Source of the DNA: Chara braunii
Taxonomy: Eukaryota; Plantae; Charophyceae
Reading direction: 5' to 3'
Length of the DNA: 54,025 bases
Assembly: GCA_003427395.1 (NCBI GenBank)
Contig: BFEA01000010.1
Span: 4,763,487 to 4,817,511, forward strand
This document shows, piece after piece, positions 47,331 through 54,025 of this stretch. Within the stretch, counting starts at the first letter, position 1; each line of letters starts with the position of its first letter. The notes under the pieces were generated by a model that had not been told where the DNA came from, did no database searches, and was given only the letters and a program-made list of their open reading frames with translations. The translations under genes were made by a program, and so were the position numbers.

Positions 47331-48261
47331 TGTGTGTGTGTGTTGTTTTGAAAGACCCCAGATTCTCTATCTTATTCCCTTCACAAATCATCACAAGCCA
47401 TCCATAAATATAGATAGGCAATATAATAGAAAATGCAAGGTTGGCCACGTTTGTGTGGTTCAGCGCCAAGTGCCCACACACCCATCTGCCGCCAAAGCGG
47501 CACACTTCCACATGTACATATGTATAGATATATATTTCAAACCATAAGGGGATGGAGGGCAGTAGGCAACTTACCTAAGACAGAAGAGTACTCCAGCAAG
47601 AAGGCACCGACCCGACCCCCTCAAAGGTCTGAAAAAACTTGGAGAGCCTTCCGCATCGGCCCACAAAACCAAAAACTCATTTACCAAAAACTATCAAACA
47701 TAACAGCATTGGCATTCCCAACATTCATCTCAAACTAAACTCCCGCATCACTGCCAAAGAGGAGGAAGAAGATAACAGGCAACTTACCTAAGACAGAAGA
47801 CTCCTCCAGCAAGAACGCACCGACCTGCCCCTGCTAAGGGTCCAAAAAAACTGGGAAAGCCTTCCACGCCGGCCCACGAAACATACATTCCCCCCAAAGA
47901 GAACTCGTGGCCACCCGTAAACATCCAAACATCCCATGCTATAAAGCAGGGCAAAGAATTAGGCCGTGTATAATCAACAAAACCAACAAGACATATCCAA
48001 CCACAAAAAGAGAGAATAGCACGGTAGTACGAGCCGGATCCTAGCAGCTCAAATCTGCCAAGACAGAGCTAGCAAGAGCGGAGTGTGTGTTGTTTTAAAA
48101 GACCCAAGATTCTCTCTCTTATTCCCTTCACAAATCATCACAAGCCATACATAACGAAAAACTATAGATAGGCAATATAATAGAAAATGCAAGGTTGGCC
48201 ACGTTTGTGTGGTTCAGCGCCAAGTGCCGACACAGCCGTCTGCCGCCAAAGCGGCACACTT
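47331..48261. repeat. ~175-bp direct repeats bounded by (GT)n, enclosing an internal duplication
   Basis: 47331-47508 is nearly identical to 48082-48261. AGGCAACTTACCTAAGACAGAAGA occurs at ~47564 and ~47777. Confidence 0.85.
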
Positions 48262-48284
48262 GTGTGTGTGTGTGTGTACGTGAG

Positions 48285-48289
<5 letters not shown>

Positions 48290-48376
<87 letters not shown>

Positions 48377-48377
48377 N

Positions 48378-48437
<60 letters not shown>

Positions 48438-48665
48438 TGATACTCAAATTTCTGGCCATTAAACTTCGTTTCTGAGAGTGGTCATCTGCTTTTTTATTAT
48501 CAGTCCTCTCCTGATGGTTGCCAGTTTGATTCTTCTTCTTCTTCTTCTTCTTCTTCTTCTTCTTCTTCTTCTTCTTCTTCTTCTTCCTCCTCCTCCTCCT
48601 CCTCCTCCTTTCTTCTTTCTATTTTTTTTTCAGCTTCTTCTTCTGCTACTGCTGCTGCTGCTGTT
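48290..48665. repeat. (AG)n and compound (CTT)n/(CCT)n/(CTG)n microsatellites
   Basis: Directly visible. Confidence 0.95.
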
Positions 48666-49344
48666 GTGAAACACCTACAACACACCCATTTATCCCCCCT
48701 GTCAACCTCCCCCCCCCAAACAACCCACCCACCCAACATGCCTTTCACCAGTTTCTCAGCGGTTTTGGGCTGCTCTTGGCAACCGCAGCAATATCCCACT
48801 TTCAAAAAAAACAATAATAGTTCTGGGACACTTTTCAGGCCGCCCGGTTTTGCCGAGCGGAGGCCCCCCGGTCTGTCTGGGCCGGGCGGTGGTTCATAAA
48901 CACAACCATTGAATGCCATCATTCCTAGAATGTGCAACTGAAGTGCCTGCGTACCTTCTCATCACCTCTTCAAGATTTGGGGATGTGGGATGCATGTAAC
49001 TAAAGGGGAATCCTAGGTTTCGTCCAGTGGCAGGAATGCTGATGGGCCTGATGATTGCAGAAAGTCACAAATCACATGAACAGCACGAAAAACCATCATT
49101 CACGCACTGCTAACAGCCTGGACCAGATCTTTGAAAAGAAACAAAAAAAAACAAAAGAAAGAAAGTAGTCTGTACTGCCTTCTGTACTACGAAATTGTCA
49201 AACATGCTTTAGTGCGTGGAGCATACAACTCCCTTAACTCCATTTTGTCGTCTGTAGCGACATAGGATATCACTGATGTGACCAGAAGTGCCTGCACCCA
49301 TACCCAGATTAGCAGGATATCAGTTTTTGTTGTCATCCTTGCAT

Positions 49345-50042
49345 GCCAGCCAGACTACTTACCAGATATGACTGCTGTTTCTAATGCGACCCTGTGGAGG
49401 AACCAGAAACTGGCAGAAAGAGGTGACAAGGTATATGAGGATGTCGTTCACTCGAGCCGTCCAGCCATAATGCGGAGGAGAGTTGTGTGAGTAAACATTG
49501 TATTCCAGTGACTTGCAGGTGGAAAAGGAACTGGACTGACGCTCCCCAGAATGGACACGGAGCCAGAACCATCATGTTCAAAAAACAAAATTCTCATTGA
49601 TGGGAGGAGCCAGCCAGACTACTTACCAGATATGACAAGGTAAATAAGGACGCCGTCCACTTGGGCCATCCAGCCACAAAAAAATGGGGAGGAGTGCTGT
49701 GTGAGTAAACATTGCATTCCAGTGACCCGCCGGTGGACCATCAGGTAAAAAAAAAAAAAAGGAGGTTGTTCGAAGTTGATGTTTCATTCTCATTGATGCG
49801 AGGAGCCAGCTAGACTACTTACCAGATATGACAAGGAAATGAGGATGCCATCCACTCGGGCCTTCCAGTCATAATGGGGAGGAGCGTTGTATGAGTAAAC
49901 ATTGTATTCCAGTGACTTGCCGGTGGAAAAGGAACTGGACTGACGCTTCCCAGAATGGACATGGAGCCAGAACCATCAGGTTCCAAAAAAAAAAAAAAAG
50001 GAGGTTGTTGGAAGCTGATGTTTAATTCTCATAGATGGGAGG
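49345..50042. repeat. Three diverged tandem copies of a 200-265 bp unit
   Basis: AGACTACTTACCAGATATGAC near 49352, 49616 and 49812; GAGTAAACATTG.ATTCCAGTGAC occurs three times. Confidence 0.85.
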
Positions 50043-50697
50043 TCAAACAGGCAGACAAGGTCTAAAAATAGCATAGTACCTCTTTTCCTAATCTCTCTCC
50101 TTCCGCCTGCCTTACTGTCTACTTTCTCTCAGACTTCCTTCTGCTCAGGCCAAAGGACCCCTGATCCACATTGATTCCTCCATATCCTGGAGGATTTACT
50201 GTCAGCTTTCCTTCCCTTCTTAGATCCCTGTCAGCCTCGGCCTTAGCTGTGCCGCGAACCTTCTTCCTGCTTTTAAGTCTTCTTTTATCTGTTTCTCTTT
50301 CCTCATTTCGTGTAGCTTGCAGGCATGGGATTTTCCTGCTAGTTACTCATCGGCCTTGGATAGGGCATTATAGTGGCTGCCCAGAGGTGCAAGATTGCAG
50401 GAACAAGAAGTGGCAACAGCGCACCATGGCGCTGTGGACGCCATGGCGTGGATGATGGTGAGCATTCTGGCTTACCCTAGAGCCAGTCCAACGGGCAATC
50501 CGATGACAACACAGATGAGTCCAATGGCACGGCTGATGGTGATGGTGACAGTGATGTCGAGCAGGAGAAGTACCTGTGATAATCATGTCAACACAACCGA
50601 TTGGCCTTGATGTTCCATTTCATACGGGAAGGGTGATGATGTCAGGTAGGGAGAGTCAAGGGCATGGCTTCCAGTGCTAACAGGAGAATCCTAACTG

Positions 50698-50802
<105 letters not shown>

Positions 50803-52221
50803 ATGTGTGCATGTGTGCATGCTTGCTCGCTCTACATGTTTTCGTTCTTCCCTTCGCTCCCCCTTCTACCCTCTCCATGCACACACCCTCTTCTCAAATG
50901 CCACTTCCTTCTCCTCTTTATCTTCCAGTGTCAGGCCATTCAGGATGTGTAGAACAAACAGGCCATGGCTAGCAGCGACCAATCCGGAGATGAAGGACTT
51001 GTGGGAGGAGCGACAACACGAACCAGCAGTGTGACATCGAGGATCGGGGAGGTCTAGGAGACGGAGGACGAGGACTGTGACCAATAGGGATTGGGACCGA
51101 TAGAGTTTGGTTTGATTAATCGGGGGCCATGCTGCTATAGGATGGGGATTGTGAGGAATTCGGATTGAGATTGGGGTTGGGACAGATAGNNNNNNNNNNN
51201 NNNNNNNNNNNNNNNNNNNNNNNNNNNNNNNNNNNNNNNNNNNNNNNNNNNNNNNNNNNNNNNNNNNNNNNNNNNNNNNNNNNNNNNNNNNNNNNNNNNN
51301 NNNNNNNNNNNNNNNNNNNNNNNNNNNNNNNNNNNNNNNNNAGGAGGAGGAGGATGTCGAGAAGGAGGAGGAGGAGGAGGAGGAGGAGGAGGAGGAGGAG
51401 GAGGAGGAGGAGGAGGAGGAGGAAGAGGACACAGAGGGATTAGAAAGTGGCCAGGTTGCTCACAGAGGAGGTCGTGCAGCAGATGAAGGAAGGAGAATGA
51501 AGTGGGTCACGAGTTAGAGGGCCCTGATGAAATTGCAAACGACACATCGAGGTCCTGCATCTTCTTCCTCTTCCCTCTAACTATTCCCTCCTCCTTTCCT
51601 CCCAATTCTCTTCTTTCTGTTGTCTTTCTCCTTGTCTCAATCCGTCCCCTTCCTCCTCCTCCTCCTCTTTGACATAGATGCATTGCATTGCTAGGTTGTC
51701 CTGCACCCCCCCTCCCCAACCTCAGCAATTCTTCCAGCACACCCCTTGTCATAGGCAGCTTCTTGCAATGTTTTGTAAATTCGTAATTACATGGGCTTCA
51801 ACAGATGTGAGGCTGACGGAAATAGTTGCTGCAGCCCAGCTACCACTGCCACTCTCTCTTTTGGGCTTTTGTCCCCTCTTGCCTTTTTTTTGAAAACCAT
51901 CTGACCACTCTGCAAGGAAAATGAGATATAGCAAAATGACAGAAATCCAGAGTGCAAAATCACATTGAAAGCCAGCAAGTCCAAACGCTGTCCAGAAAGC
52001 AGTAATGCACTGATATTCCACCAACGGAGAAACAAAGCACTGAATCCGAATGTCAATGAGAGGTTACTCTCGCCACCACCAACATCTGTATCCAGAGTCC
52101 TTCCTCCTACTTGGCGCTTAGCACCCAGACTACTTTTACACAGCTACTAGCAGCCTACAAATTGAAAATGCATCCTGTTGACTTCAGCAGCAGAACCGGA
52201 GTACATGAAGATGTCGACCCC

Positions 52222-52936
52222 TGTAGACCATCGCCAAGACGAGGTACGTGCCCTCACGTCATCAACCTCATCTCTCTCTCTCTCTCCACCTTGACTTCAT
52301 TACCCACATCTTCTCCCTCATACACAAAGACCAACACCACCTCCACTGGGCCGAGCCCCGGCTACGTGGAGGTGGCTGTGGCGCTGCCCTCAGCAGCGCC
52401 CTGCCTTCTCGCACGACCGCACGCGTGCGTGCACACTTGCCCACACTCTAGCGCAGCAGCAGCCCCGCGAGCACTAGCTCCAGCAGCACTGCCGCATGTG
52501 CTTGCAAGTGCCCGAATACCCAGCCATGCGCCCCGCCCTTTCCTATATGGAAAGAGGCGGGCGCTTGCCTTTGCTACCCCCACGCGAGACCGAGCTCCCA
52601 GTAGCTTCAGTCTCGGCCAAAGTGTCTGCGCCCAGGCCTGATTCAGACAGTGGCCTGGGTCCGAATCGGTTATGATTGCCCAACCACCCAGGCACAAACG
52701 TGCAATGCTCCCTGCTTCGACCACGTTGCTGGAAGAGCCTGGAAGGCTCACACATATTTTGGATTCTCAAGAGCAAGGCGGATTGTAACCAACTAGCGAG
52801 TGACAACTGTCCGGCGCCGACCAAGATTTACAAAAATTCACGAGTTCAGGGCGCATTGAGATTCACGGGGCCCGCCTTCACTTACGGCGGGCACGCGCCT
52901 GCTGCAGGGCCCTATGCCGAGGCATAAACCTTCGCA
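52222..52936 (-). mobile_element. 3' LTR of a minus-strand chromovirus
   Basis: The minus strand begins TGCGAAGG immediately after the polypurine tract. There is a TATA-like sequence at ~52543. The far end (TGTAGA at 52222) is tentative. Confidence 0.65.
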
Positions 52937-52950
52937 CTCCCTCCTCCTTT
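52937..52950 (-). promoter_or_regulatory. Polypurine tract
   Basis: AAAGGAGGAGGGAG on the minus strand, between the pol stop (52976) and the LTR TG. Confidence 0.8.
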
Positions 52951-52975
52951 ACTTCGATAGTCCTCTGAGAAGCCG

Positions 52976-53743
52976 TTACACAGCAGGCTGCTTTCCTTTC
53001 AAATTTCGTTCATACCTTGACATAATTTGGGCAGCGGTCTTCATTAGCTCTTCTCTTGTGAACCACTGATCTTCTTTAGGATCCGTATGGTGTCTGAACC
53101 ACACCCGGTACTGCATCTGCAGTTTCGGATTGCGTCCCCTGCCTGGAGGCTTGGGCACAGGCATTAGCTTGTGCTCAACAGTGTCGTCCATGTCCACGTG
53201 TCCATCCATGGTTGGGGGCAGCATAGATCTTCTTGAGGGAAACTGCTCAATTTCAGCGAAGGGTGCCAATTGGGATGCATGGAAAACAGGGTGTGTACGG
53301 AGGTGACCAGGAATGCGAATCACATATGATGCGTCATCGGGTTGATGTCGTACTATGTCCAGAATCTCCCAAGGCCCAACGTACTGTGGCATCAGTTTGC
53401 GTGAAATTCCCAACTCTTGGCCCATTTCAGATGATTTTACCCAGACTCGTTCACCTTCCTGAAATGCAGACGGTCGTTTGTGTTTGTTCTCAGATGTCAC
53501 CATGGCATCGTGTGCATTCTGAATATGCTCTACGGCCTGCTGCAGCATCTGTTTGTACTTTACAGCAAACTCTAAGCTTCCAAGTGCTGCAGTTGGCTGA
53601 TTTTCAGGTAACAGAAAGTCAAGAGCAGATCTGGGCTTCCAACCAAGATGCAGCTGGTTGGGGGTCTTGCCAGTAGTGCTGTGCACAACATTGTTGTATA
53701 GGCTGGCGATGAGAGGTAACTTCTCATCCCAGTCATCTTGCAA
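52976..53743 (-). pseudogene. Ty3/Gypsy integrase C-terminal half, GPY/F region and chromodomain (5'-truncated)
   Basis: DWDEKLPLIASLYNNVVHSTTGKTP; KLMPQYVGPWEI; HPVFHASQL; chromodomain-like YRVWFRHHTDPKEDQWFTREEL. Confidence 0.92.
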
Positions 53744-54025
53744 TCAGACTCGTTCTCAAACACACTTTTCATGCATGTAAACAGCAACGCAGCATACCGG
53801 CGACATGCGGGCACTCAAAACTCAGAGATATGGCTTTCAGATACGAGTTCACTCTCAATTGGCTATGGCGACTTCAGCACCCAAACATCTCACTGTTCAC
53901 ATACACTGGATCACCCTGGATATCCCACACGCATCACTCTAACACTCGAGCACACACACACACTCACTACTAACTACAGCTATGGCAGCTATGGCTGCCT
54001 CTAACCTATCGCTATGCTAACTCCT

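Noticed and set aside
49352-49372. U1 snRNA-like 5' end (TACTTACC)
   Set aside because: The downstream sequence lacks U1 stem-loops and an Sm site. It is better explained as an antisense splice donor.
52976-53743. Integrase as the missing 3' part of the 3330-6030 or the 21137-26520 element
   Set aside because: It lies upstream of the first element on the minus strand and on the opposite strand to the second. It has its own PPT and LTR.

Overview
This is eukaryotic, repeat-dominated DNA with no intact host gene I can support. The nested Ty3/Gypsy chromoviruses, long microsatellites and C-to-T-decayed ORFs suggest a streptophyte alga such as Chara (inference only). From left to right: (1) a 91-bp tandem array and a long non-coding repeat (~370-2800) whose diverged inverted copy lies at ~8000-11750, with a decayed minus-strand gag-protease-RT fragment between them; (2) 172-bp and 53-bp tandem repeats; (3) a truncated plus-strand Ty3/Gypsy element (14363-26520) that carries four tandem, mutually paralogous ~250-270 aa unknown ORFs between its putative LTR/PBS and gag; (4) a ~17-kb unit containing one huge decayed minus-strand gene (34850->26900; ParB/Srx-like domain, beta-class N6/N4 DNA-methyltransferase-like domain, Ulp1/C48 SUMO protease), a second unknown gene, and about 40 copies of a palindrome GTCGTGT-N3-ACACGAC, often spaced 42-43 bp apart; (5) an LTR with a tRNA-Met PBS, MITE-like and microsatellite-associated repeats, and a chromovirus integrase-chromodomain/PPT/LTR end. 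The best candidates for undescribed biology are the ParB-MTase-Ulp1 gene with its palindrome array and the four-paralog accessory cassette. All domain calls were made by eye from motifs; no search was run.
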